DNA from: Thermoleophilia bacterium | Lineage (GTDB): Bacteria > Actinomycetota > Thermoleophilia > Gaiellales > JAICJC01 | Assembly: GCA_025934255.1 (NCBI GenBank) | Contig: JAICYJ010000005.1 | Location: forward strand, 3,876 to 67,875 | Direction of reading: 5' to 3' | Length of the DNA: 64,000 nt | Shown here: positions 46,740 to 55,215 of the stretch, piece by piece | How the letters are laid out: each line of letters starts with the position of its first letter | Position numbering within the stretch: the stretch's first letter is position 1 | The notes under the pieces: model-generated | Databases searched by the model: none | The model's input: only the letters and a program-made list of their open reading frames with translations | What the model was told of the DNA's origin: nothing | Program-made: the position numbers and the translations under genes

Positions 46740-47147
46740 GTGGCGACGATGGCCGACCTCGACCAGCTGGCACTGGCGATGCCGCAGACCGTCAGGGAGG
46801 AGGCCGGCGGCCGGCCCCGGTACCTGGTGCACGGCAAGCTCTACTGCTGCCACCGCGGCCGCCGCCCCGACGCGGTCGACCCGGACACCGGCGAGCGCAT
46901 GGACGACGTGCTGATGTTCCGCGTCGCCGACGTCGGCGTGAAGGAGCTGCTGCTGGCCGACGATCGCGGCGTGTTCTTCACCACGCCCCACTTCGACGGC
47001 TACCCGGCGGTGCTGATGCGGATCGGAGACCTCGCCCGCATCGACCGCGAGGAGCTGGCCGACACGATCGCCGAGGCCTGGCTGACGCGGGCGCAGAAGC
47101 GTGTGGCCCGGGCCTGGCTGGAGCAGCAGGCGCCCGCAGAGGAGTAG
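46740..47147 (+). CDS. MmcQ/YjbR family protein
   Basis: ALAMP, HGKLY, FFTTPHFDGYPAVL, EAWL; CAGAGT 6 nt before GTG. Confidence 0.8.
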   Translation: MATMADLDQLALAMPQTVREEAGGRPRYLVHGKLYCCHRGRRPDAVDPDTGERMDDVLMFRVADVGVKELLLADDRGVFFTTPHFDGYPAVLMRIGDLARIDREELADTIAEAWLTRAQKRVARAWLEQQAPAEE

Positions 47148-47228
47148 ATGGGTGTTTCCAGCCCAGCGATGATTTCGCTCGTCCCGGCGGATCTCTGGTG
47201 GTGACGAGGATCAACAGGAGGTGCTGAT

Positions 47229-47549
47229 ATGCGACGCGTGATGGTTCGCTACACGGTCAGGCCCGACCAGGCCGAGGCCAACGAGGCGCGGGTGCGCGAG
47301 GTCTACGACGAGCTGGATCGCACCCGCCCCGACGGGCTGCGCTACGCGACCTTCCGGCTGGACGACGGCGTCAGCTTCGTGCATGTCGCGTCGGTCGAGA
47401 CGCAGGACGGCCACAATCCGCTGTCGGGCGTGCAGGCGTTTCAGCGGTTCACGGAGACGATCGGCGAGCGCAGCGACGAGCGGCCGGTGACCGTCGTGCT
47501 GCACGAGGTCGGCTCCTACCGCTTCCTGGACGGAGCGGGTGTCGCCTGA
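47229..47549 (+). CDS. Hypothetical dimeric alpha-beta barrel (ABM-like) protein
   Basis: VMVRYTV, PDGLRYATF, SFVH, FQRF; AGGAGG RBS. Confidence 0.62.
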   Translation: MRRVMVRYTVRPDQAEANEARVREVYDELDRTRPDGLRYATFRLDDGVSFVHVASVETQDGHNPLSGVQAFQRFTETIGERSDERPVTVVLHEVGSYRFLDGAGVA

Positions 47550-47550
47550 G

Positions 47551-47916
47551 ATGGGACCGCAGCGCCATCCGGTCGTGCATCTGGAGCTCCACACCGGCGA
47601 CCTCGCGGGTGCGGCCGGGTTCTACTCGCAGCTCCTGCGCTGGCGCCCGACCACGATCCAGGCCGGCTCCGCCTGCTACACGGCCATGGAGCTGGGCGGG
47701 CGGCTGGGCGGAGGCATCGTCCAGTGCGGCAGCGAGCGCCCGATGTGGCTGCCCTACGTCCAGGTCGAGAGCGTCGAGCGGGTGACCGCCTGCGCCTGGG
47801 GGATGGGGGCGACCGTGCTGCTCGAGCCGCGCGAGGGGCCGGCCGGCTGGCGCAGCGTGGTGTCGGTGCCCGGCGGCGCGGAGCTGGCGCTGTGGCAGCC
47901 GAAGGGGGCGACGTGA
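47551..47916 (+). CDS. VOC family protein
   Basis: VVHLELHT.D..AA..FY..L, WLPYVQVESV, GAELALWQ. Confidence 0.8.
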   Translation: MGPQRHPVVHLELHTGDLAGAAGFYSQLLRWRPTTIQAGSACYTAMELGGRLGGGIVQCGSERPMWLPYVQVESVERVTACAWGMGATVLLEPREGPAGWRSVVSVPGGAELALWQPKGAT

Positions 47917-48944
47917 GCCTCGCGGACGCCGAGCTGGAGCTGCTGGAGGCCGCCCGCCGCGGCGACGAGGATGCCTACGCCCGGCTGATCGGCTCCCACC
48001 GAGCCCAGCTGCACGCGCACTGCTATCGGATGCTGGCGTCGGCGCCGGATGCCGAGGACGCCCTGCAGGAGGCGCTGCTGGGGGCGTGGCGGGGGCTGCC
48101 CCGGTTCGAGGGGCGAAGCTCGCTGCGATCGTGGCTCTACACGATCGCCACCAACGCCTGTCTGAAGGCGATCGAACGGCGGCCCAAGCGGGTGCTGCCG
48201 GTCGATTACGGGCCGGCTGCCGATCCTCACGACGGCCCGGGCACGCCGCTGGTCGAGTCGGTCTGGGTCACTCCCTATCCCGACCGTGAGGTCGTGTCCG
48301 CCGATCCCGGGGTCGCGCCCGAGGCGCGCTACGAGCAGCGCGAGAGCATCGAGCTGGCGTTCATCGCGGCGCTGCAGCAGCTGCCGCCGCGCCAGCGCGC
48401 GACGCTGATCCTGCGCGACGTGCTGGGCTTCTCGGCCCGCGAGGTGGCCGCGGTGCTCAACACCACGACCGCTTCGGTCAACAGCGCGCTGCAGCGCGCC
48501 CACCGGCTGGTCGACGAGCGGCTGCCCGAGCAGAGCCAGCAGGCGGCGCTGCGGGCGCTGGGCGATGATGGGCTGAGCGAGATCGTCAACGGCTACGTCG
48601 ACGCCTGGGAGCGGGGCGACCTGGACGCGGTGGTGGCGATGCTGGCCGAGGACGTGACTCTTACGATGCCGCCGATGCCGACCTGGTTTGCGGGACGGGC
48701 GGCGGTCGCGGGCTTCTTCGGACGCCTGCCGCTGCGGGCCGGCCGCCGCTGGCGCCTGCTGCCCGTGGGCGCCAACGGCCAGGTCGCGCTCGCCCACTAC
48801 GGCTGGAACGAGCGCGCCGGCTGCTTCCTGCCGCACGGCGTGAACGTCCTGGCCCTGAGCGGAGCGCGGGTCAGCGAGATCGACGCGTTCCTGTACCCGG
48901 AGGACTTCGCGCGGTTCGGCCTGCTCGATCGCCTGCCGGCCTAG
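47913..48944 (+). CDS. sigG: ECF sigma factor with C-terminal SnoaL-like domain (SigG/ECF56 type)
   Basis: HCYRML...DAEDALQE, WLYTIATN, WVTPYPD, LPPRQRA, SVNSALQRA, FGLLDRL. Confidence 0.85.
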   Translation: MSLADAELELLEAARRGDEDAYARLIGSHRAQLHAHCYRMLASAPDAEDALQEALLGAWRGLPRFEGRSSLRSWLYTIATNACLKAIERRPKRVLPVDYGPAADPHDGPGTPLVESVWVTPYPDREVVSADPGVAPEARYEQRESIELAFIAALQQLPPRQRATLILRDVLGFSAREVAAVLNTTTASVNSALQRAHRLVDERLPEQSQQAALRALGDDGLSEIVNGYVDAWERGDLDAVVAMLAEDVTLTMPPMPTWFAGRAAVAGFFGRLPLRAGRRWRLLPVGANGQVALAHYGWNERAGCFLPHGVNVLALSGARVSEIDAFLYPEDFARFGLLDRLPA

Positions 48945-48945
48945 G

Positions 48946-49389
48946 CTAGGACAGCTTGTCGTATGTGCGCCCGCTGCGGACGCTCGCGGGCTGCTCGGCG
49001 GTGATGTCGGAGCCGGGCCGGGCCTGCTCGTCTCGGGCCTTGACCAGGATCCACCGCCGCTCACCGGTGCGGGTCAGTGCGAACCCGCCCGCGAGCTTGT
49101 GGCCGTGCACAACGAACGAAAGGTGCTCGGGCTCGTTTCGCACCAGGTCGACGGTGCCCTCGTCCCAGATGATCACGGCGCCGCTGCCGCGGGAGCTCCC
49201 CTCGTGCACGCCTTCGAACTCGCCAGCGGCCATCGAGTGGTCCTCCACCGGCACCGCCAGCCGGCGCACCGCCGGGTCCATCGATGGCCCCTTCGGCACG
49301 GCCCACGAGCGCAGCACGCCACCGTCTTCGATCCGCAGGTCGAAGTGCAGCGTTGTGGCGTCATGTTGTTGGACGACGAACCGTGGCAC
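48946..49389 (-). CDS. Stand-alone LigD 3'-phosphoesterase (PE) domain protein
   Basis: FVVQQHDATTLHFDLRIE, SWAVPKGPS, VEDH, IWDEG; start 49389 or 49395. Confidence 0.82.
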   Translation of the reverse strand: MPRFVVQQHDATTLHFDLRIEDGGVLRSWAVPKGPSMDPAVRRLAVPVEDHSMAAGEFEGVHEGSSRGSGAVIIWDEGTVDLVRNEPEHLSFVVHGHKLAGGFALTRTGERRWILVKARDEQARPGSDITAEQPASVRSGRTYDKLS

Positions 49390-49444
49390 CGGCACGGCAT
49401 ATCATCGCAATCGTGGTTGCCGGCGCCCGCACTCAAGCGTCCCA

Positions 49445-50021
49445 GTGGCCGTGGGCCGGCAGCGGGTTCGGCCCGCTGCCGCCGCTGCTGGTGGTGATGA
49501 CGGTGGTCACCGGGATCGTCGACGCGGTCAGCTACCTCGCGCTCGGGCACGTGTACGTCGCCAATATGACCGGCAACGTGGTGTTTCTCGGGTTCGCGCT
49601 GGCGGGAGCGGGCGGGCTCTCGGTGCCCGCCTCGCTGGTGGCTGGCGGCGTTTCTGTGCGGAGCGGCCGCCGGCGGCAGGATCGGCGCCCGCTTCGGCGA
49701 CCGGCGGATCGCGCACCTGCCGGCGGCGTACTCGGTCACCGCCACGCTGCTGGTCGCGGCGGCGATCGCCGGGCTGCCCGTGTCGTCGTGGCAACGCTAC
49801 GCGCTGCGGCGTTGCGGCCGACTCGACCGGCGGAACCGGGTCGGGCGGCCACATCGGCCGGCGTCTGATCTCGGTCGGCGCGATGTTCGGTGGGGCGCTG
49901 GTCGGTGCGCTGCTCGTGATCCACGTCGACATCGCGCTGCCGCTGGCGATCGCGGCCGCCCCTGCTGGTGGCGACCCGTGTGCTCGCGCAGGTGCTGAGG
50001 CCCGACCTGACCGGCCGGCAT
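49445..50021 (+). pseudogene. Frameshifted, internally deleted DUF1275 (YoaK) membrane protein
   Basis: GIVDAVSYL..GHVYVANMTGNVVFLG in one frame; ARFGDRR..., then ADST...RRLISVGAMFGGALVGALL in other frames; the MGLQN/TTTVLT segment is missing. Confidence 0.7.
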
Positions 50022-50825
50022 CTAGGGGCTGAGCGGCACCGCGGCCTCCGGCGTCACCACGCGGAAGCTGAAACTCTCTTCCAGGTAGAGCTGGACGGCG
50101 TCCGCGTCGTGCGCCAGGTAGCCGATCGAGATGTCCTCGCCCGAGTCGAACAGGAAGTCGCCGCCGCGCAGGCTGACGACCACCGCCCCCTCGACGCCGG
50201 GCGCCCACACCAGCGGCCCGCCCGCGATCTCGCGCAGGTGCTCCAGCAGCGGATAGCCGCCGTGCTCGCTGGTCTCCAGCACGCGCGTGTAGGCGACGGG
50301 GCCCAGCGCGATCCCGTAGGGGCAGTCGATGCCCGCCGACAGCAGCGCCTCGACCGCCTTCGCCACGTGCAGCGGATACCGCTCGCAGTCCTCGCCCAGC
50401 GCGATCGCCCGGTGGGTCGACGCCTGCGCGATCCCGGTGATCCCCGCCCCCTTCCAGCCGTGGAAGACCGCCGTGTTCTCGCCGACGGCCAGCGCACGCG
50501 CCGCCGCGTCCAGTGCGGCGAAGTCGATGTCCTCGGCGCCGCGGTCGGCGTCCGCGAGCTCGACGCGTGACACCGCAAACGGCGCGCGCAGCTCGGCCAG
50601 CGGCAGCACCTCACGCTGGACGGCGGTCAGTCCCTCGGCCGGCGGCTTGGTCACTCGCTGGGTGCGCCCCAGGTTCGTGGCCGAATGCTGCCAGCCGTGC
50701 GGCCCCGCGAAGTCGATCAGCTTGCGCGCCGCCAGCGCCGGGGTCAGCCGCTCGCGCGCCTCCTCGTCGATCCGATCCCATCCGGTGGCGGTGATCGGCG
50801 CGTGCTCGCGCAGCAGATGGCTCAC
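50022..50825 (-). CDS. Family 1 encapsulin shell protein (Linocin M18/Cfp29-like)
   Basis: LLREHAPIT..GW..I..EA, AARKLIDFAGPHGW, ELRAPF, ENTAVFHG, GEDISIGY, LYLEESFSF. Confidence 0.92.
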   Translation of the reverse strand: MSHLLREHAPITATGWDRIDEEARERLTPALAARKLIDFAGPHGWQHSATNLGRTQRVTKPPAEGLTAVQREVLPLAELRAPFAVSRVELADADRGAEDIDFAALDAAARALAVGENTAVFHGWKGAGITGIAQASTHRAIALGEDCERYPLHVAKAVEALLSAGIDCPYGIALGPVAYTRVLETSEHGGYPLLEHLREIAGGPLVWAPGVEGAVVVSLRGGDFLFDSGEDISIGYLAHDADAVQLYLEESFSFRVVTPEAAVPLSP

Positions 50826-51214
50826 GACGCCACCGCCCTCACGCTGCCGATGCCGAGCGACTCGGAGCCGGCCAGCGGCTCACCGCGGTCGGCCGCACCC
50901 TCGACCGCCGACTCCTCGGCCGCCTCGCCGTGGGCGACGATGTCGCCGCCCTGGAACAGGATGCCCTGCGCGATCTCGCGCCAGAGCGGGGTGCGCCGGA
51001 GCAGGAACTCGAGGTCCATCGAGAAGTGCTTGAACTCCTCGCCCTGGGCATCGCGCATGATCGCCGCAGCCTCGGCGTCGGACTCGACCGCCAGGCGCTG
51101 CTCGTACCAGCCGATCGCCTCCGCCTCCTCGGTCAGCGAGGCGCACAGGCGGGCGAACGTTCGTGTCGCGGCCGGCAGCTCGTCGGGTGGTTCGTGGTAC
51201 TGATCGAATCCCAT
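50822..51214 (-). CDS. Encapsulated ferritin-like protein (Flp/EncFtn) with cargo-loading peptide
   Basis: YHEP, EEAEAIGWYEQR, EEFKHF ferroxidase motifs; C-terminal SLGIGSVR; 4-bp overlap with the encapsulin start. Confidence 0.9.
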   Translation of the reverse strand: MGFDQYHEPPDELPAATRTFARLCASLTEEAEAIGWYEQRLAVESDAEAAAIMRDAQGEEFKHFSMDLEFLLRRTPLWREIAQGILFQGGDIVAHGEAAEESAVEGAADRGEPLAGSESLGIGSVRAVAS

Positions 51215-51271
51215 GGGTGCGCTCCTTCGGGTTGCCGCCTGCAGCCTACCCAGACGTGACAGAGTTGGCGC

Positions 51272-52090
51272 ATGCCATATATCAACGGATCCGAGGCGAC
51301 CATCGCCTACGAGCAGTCGGGGCAGGGCCCCGACCTGGTGTGGGTGGCCGGCGGCGGGTCGCGCGGGGGCGACTGGCGTCTGTTCCAGACGCCGTTCTTC
51401 GACGACCGCTACCGGTCGACCACCTTCGACGGGCGCGGCATCGGCGACACCACGTGCGACGTGCCGCAGCCGTGGCCGATCGAGGCATTCGCCCGCGACA
51501 CGGCCGAACTGATCGAGGCGGTCTGCGAGCCGCCGGTGGCGATCGTGGGCAGCTCGCTGGGATCGGCGATCGTCCAGCAGGTCGCGATCGACCGGCCCGA
51601 CCTGCTGCGCTGTGCGGTGGTCATGGGCACCGGCGCCTGGAGCACCGGCTGGGGCTGGGACTACCAGGAGGCGGAGATCGAGTTCCGCCGCGCGGGAGGC
51701 AGCCTCGACGGCATGATGGGCGTCACGCACTACGCGTCGATGTGCTACCCGGCGCGGGCGCTGGGCGACCGCGAGCTGTGGCCGAAGCTGCGCGAGCTGC
51801 TGCTTGCGTGGATGGACTCCGGGGAGAACGAGCGGTCGCTGATCCCGCAGTGGGAGGCGTCGCTGGGCTACGACCAGCGTGTCCTGCTGCCCTCGGTGCG
51901 GGTGCCCATGCACGTGATCGCCTTCGCGGAGGACGTGCAGGCGCCGCCGCAGGACGGCCGGGAGATGGCCGAGATGATCCCGGGCGCGGAGTTTCACCTG
52001 CTCGCGGACATGGGCCACGCCTCCTGGTACGGCCACGCCCACGACACCATCAACCCCTACATCCTGGACCTGCTCGAGCGACACTGCTGA
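51272..52090 (+). CDS. Alpha/beta hydrolase
   Basis: FDGRGIG, VGSSLG nucleophile, EDVQAPP, MGHASW. Confidence 0.85.
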   Translation: MPYINGSEATIAYEQSGQGPDLVWVAGGGSRGGDWRLFQTPFFDDRYRSTTFDGRGIGDTTCDVPQPWPIEAFARDTAELIEAVCEPPVAIVGSSLGSAIVQQVAIDRPDLLRCAVVMGTGAWSTGWGWDYQEAEIEFRRAGGSLDGMMGVTHYASMCYPARALGDRELWPKLRELLLAWMDSGENERSLIPQWEASLGYDQRVLLPSVRVPMHVIAFAEDVQAPPQDGREMAEMIPGAEFHLLADMGHASWYGHAHDTINPYILDLLERHC

Positions 52091-52107
52091 GCACGGCCAC
52101 CGCCGGT

Positions 52108-52683
52108 CTAGAGCTCGACGCCGGGCGGCTGCACCAGCCCGGGGTGGGCGGCCTCGAACTCGCGCGAGCGGCTGACCGTGCGCATCCACTCGTAGTGGAG
52201 CTGCTTGGTGACCACCGCGATCGCGCCGGCTCGCCGCATCCGCTCGATGCCCGCCGCGTGCGCGCTGCCGGGTGAGGCAACGGCGTCCTCGACGACCACC
52301 ACCCACAGCCCTTCGTCGAGCAGCCCCAGCGCCGACTGCGCGACGCAGACGTCGGTCTCGAGGCCGGCCAGGACGGCCGTGCCGCGCCCGGTGTCGCGCA
52401 CCGCCGGGCCGGCCAGCGGATCGCCGGCCAGGCCAAAGACGGTCTTGTCGATCACCGGCGCGTCGCCCACCGCCTCCAGCAGGCCGGGGTGCAGGCCGCC
52501 CCAGTCCCGCGGCGACTCGACCGTCGCGACCACGGGGATGTCGCAGAACCGTGCGCTCAGCGTCAGGAACGCGATCCGCTCGACCAGGCCGGCCTTCGCC
52601 TCGGGCTCCACGCGCTCCAGGAACCCCTCCTGGACATCGACCAGGATCAGGACGCAGTCGTCGGCATCGATCAGGCGCCCCAT
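52108..52683 (-). CDS. Isochorismatase (cysteine hydrolase) family protein
   Basis: LVDVQE, IDKT.F, GLETDVCV (D-K-C triad). Confidence 0.85.
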   Translation of the reverse strand: MGRLIDADDCVLILVDVQEGFLERVEPEAKAGLVERIAFLTLSARFCDIPVVATVESPRDWGGLHPGLLEAVGDAPVIDKTVFGLAGDPLAGPAVRDTGRGTAVLAGLETDVCVAQSALGLLDEGLWVVVVEDAVASPGSAHAAGIERMRRAGAIAVVTKQLHYEWMRTVSRSREFEAAHPGLVQPPGVEL

Positions 52684-52685
52684 GG

Positions 52686-54044
52686 CTAGCGGCCGCCCGC
52701 GGCGGCGGCCTGAGCATCGGGTGGAGCGGAGCGCGGCGCGTCCGGCAGCGGTGTCAGGCGTGCCGACGCAACGTAGGCGACCACCACGGCGACGATTACG
52801 AGCGGGGTCAGGGCGAGGCCGTCGGCGCTCAAGAAGAGCGCGGGGAGCAGCACCGAGGTCATCGGCAGTCTCAGCATAACGACGGTCATCGCACCGATGC
52901 CCATCGCGGCGCCGGCGATCATGGGCAGGCCCGGCAGGTGTGATAGCGCTATCCCGCCGGCGGCGCCGATGAACATCGAGGGGAAGACCGGGCCGCCGCG
53001 AAAACAGCTGAGCGCGAGGCTGTAGGCGACGCCCTTGCAGATCACGAGCAGCACCAGCGCGCCGACCGTCCAGCCGGCCGCGCCCTCGATCAGCGAGGGC
53101 AGGGCATCCTGGCCCGAGAACAGCACCTGCGAGGAGCCATGGGTGGTGAGCTCGCCGAAGACGACCGCGGCCGCTCCGATCCCGAGTCCGACGACCGGCG
53201 TCAGCATCACCATCTGCCGCTCAACGATCGGCTGCAGCCGAAGCGCCGGTCGCCCGATCACCGTGCCGATCACAGCGGCGGTCAGGCCGATCCCAACCGC
53301 CCACATGAACTCGGCGAGCGTGGGCGTCGTGAACGGCGGGATGTTGGGGATCGACAGGGAGAACGTGCCATAGCCGGTCCAGTTGTCGAGCCCGACGAAG
53401 ATCAGGGTTCCCACTCCCGCGGCGAGCATCCCCGGGATCAGGATCACTCCCATCATGCCGCCACCGATCCCCGACGCCTCCATCAGCAGGAACGCCCCGG
53501 CCAGCGGCGAGCCCAAGAGCGTGCTGACGGCTGCGAAGCTTCCGGCGGCGCCGATCACGACCACCGCGGTCTGGGGGGCGTCCCGCTTGAGCAGGTGCAC
53601 CGCGAGCACCCCCAGCCCGCTGCCGATCGCGATCAGGGGCGCTTCGGGACCGAGCACCACCCCCAGGCTGAGCGTGGCGAACGACGCGATCATGATGCCC
53701 GGCAGCTCGATCGGAGGCACAGGCCCGGACGCCTTGAACCCCTCGGCCGGCTTGTGCCCGCCGGTTCCAGGCAGATAGCGAAGCGTGAGCCCGACCAGCA
53801 GGCCGCTCACCGTCAGGGGCAGCAGGGGCCACAGGGCCGGCTCCCCGCTGAACCCGAGATCGCCGGGCAGCGTCGTGAACACCCAGGTCTGCGCCTCGGC
53901 CACGCCCTTCAGGAAGAAGTAGGCGACGGCCGCCACGGGCACCCCGATGATGGCACCGAGCAGCAGCACCAGCACGTAGGCGCGGCTTCGCAGCAGCTGG
54001 GCCGGATCGGGCGGGGATGCGCCGCCGGGGGTGGGGTTGCTCAC
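52686..54044 (-). CDS. ClC (voltage-gated chloride channel) family protein
   Basis: GPEAP (GREGP equivalent), FRGGPVFP, FSGQ; many TM helices. Confidence 0.8.
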   Translation of the reverse strand: MSNPTPGGASPPDPAQLLRSRAYVLVLLLGAIIGVPVAAVAYFFLKGVAEAQTWVFTTLPGDLGFSGEPALWPLLPLTVSGLLVGLTLRYLPGTGGHKPAEGFKASGPVPPIELPGIMIASFATLSLGVVLGPEAPLIAIGSGLGVLAVHLLKRDAPQTAVVVIGAAGSFAAVSTLLGSPLAGAFLLMEASGIGGGMMGVILIPGMLAAGVGTLIFVGLDNWTGYGTFSLSIPNIPPFTTPTLAEFMWAVGIGLTAAVIGTVIGRPALRLQPIVERQMVMLTPVVGLGIGAAAVVFGELTTHGSSQVLFSGQDALPSLIEGAAGWTVGALVLLVICKGVAYSLALSCFRGGPVFPSMFIGAAGGIALSHLPGLPMIAGAAMGIGAMTVVMLRLPMTSVLLPALFLSADGLALTPLVIVAVVVAYVASARLTPLPDAPRSAPPDAQAAAAGGR

Positions 54045-54059
54045 GTGGACGCGGCCCGC

Positions 54060-55175
54060 CTACCCGCCCTCATCGGCTTCATCCAGGCGCACCGTCGTGC
54101 CCGCGAGCATGTCCTGAATGGCACGGCGACGGCGATCGAACAAGATCGGCAGGAACCCGGCGAAGAACGGCACGATCGCGATCACGAGCCCCACCACCCG
54201 CAACAGGGCGCGGCCGGCGCCCGGGCGCTGGTTCCCGTCCCGGCTCACGACCAGGCGCAGGCCCATGGCGCGCATGCCCGGCGTCTGGCCGGCGACCGTC
54301 CAGAACACCACCAGGTAGGTGACGGCGCCGACCGTCGCGCCGACGGACGCGATCGCCGCTTCCAGCCACGACGGCCGCAGGCCGCCGACCAGGTTGGACA
54401 CCACGTCGACCATCGCGGCGCCGCCCAGGAAGACGACTGACATCAGCGCCAGGTCGAGGGCGCCGGCGATGAACCGTCCCAGCAGGCCGGCGTAGGGCGA
54501 CGGCACTTCGGACGTCGTGCCCTTGGTCACGGTGATGCGGTCGTCGATCCGCTGCGTGCGGTGCCGCACCTCGCCTGCCACCTCGGAACCGAACGACGCC
54601 GACTGGCGGGCGAGCGCCGTTCGCACGGCGTCGCTCGCGATCACCTCCTCGATCAGCCGCTGCAGCTCCGGGCTCGAGACGACGCGTTGCGCGATCTCCT
54701 CGGCCGCCGGGCTTCTGGCGGCCTCGCCCACGATCTGTTCGAGCCGCCCCTCGGCATGCTCGCGCTCGAGAGCGGCCGTGATGGCTGCCTCCATGTCGAC
54801 GTTCGCCAGCACCTCGGCGACCACCCGCTGCACAACCCGCTGCTCGACGGCGGCGTTGGCCACGTGCTCGGGCAGCGGCCCGGCGAATGCCCGCCCCACC
54901 GCCCGCTCGACCCCACGCGATCCCAGCACCTCGCCGGCGGCTTCCTCCAGCCGGGCCTCGCCGTAGGCGCGCGTGGCGCGGGCGCCGCCGGCCACCCGTG
55001 CGCTTCCCCGCGCCACCACCCATGCCATGCCGGGTGCTCTGCGGGCGACCCGCAGCGGCAGCAGCAGGGTGACGCGGGTTGCGCTCGCGCCCGCCTGGCG
55101 GATCGCGATCGTCAGGCCCGGGGTGGAGCGGCGGCGCGCGCCGGGCGGTCGATCCTGGTCGGTCGGCTCGCTCAT
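54060..55175 (-). CDS. RDD family membrane protein with long helical N-terminal extension
   Basis: YAGLLGRFIAGALD, GQTPGMRAMGLR, RRAIQDMLAGT; TACGAT 6 nt before ATG. Confidence 0.72.
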   Translation of the reverse strand: MSEPTDQDRPPGARRRSTPGLTIAIRQAGASATRVTLLLPLRVARRAPGMAWVVARGSARVAGGARATRAYGEARLEEAAGEVLGSRGVERAVGRAFAGPLPEHVANAAVEQRVVQRVVAEVLANVDMEAAITAALEREHAEGRLEQIVGEAARSPAAEEIAQRVVSSPELQRLIEEVIASDAVRTALARQSASFGSEVAGEVRHRTQRIDDRITVTKGTTSEVPSPYAGLLGRFIAGALDLALMSVVFLGGAAMVDVVSNLVGGLRPSWLEAAIASVGATVGAVTYLVVFWTVAGQTPGMRAMGLRLVVSRDGNQRPGAGRALLRVVGLVIAIVPFFAGFLPILFDRRRRAIQDMLAGTTVRLDEADEGG

Positions 55176-55215
55176 GACGCGATCGTATCGGGCGGGCGCG
55201 GTCCGGGCTGACCGG

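Noticed and set aside
50022-50825. Idea that the encapsulin packages island enzymes (TMADH, P450)
   Set aside because: Only the adjacent Flp has a recognisable loading peptide, and the loci are about 25 kb apart.
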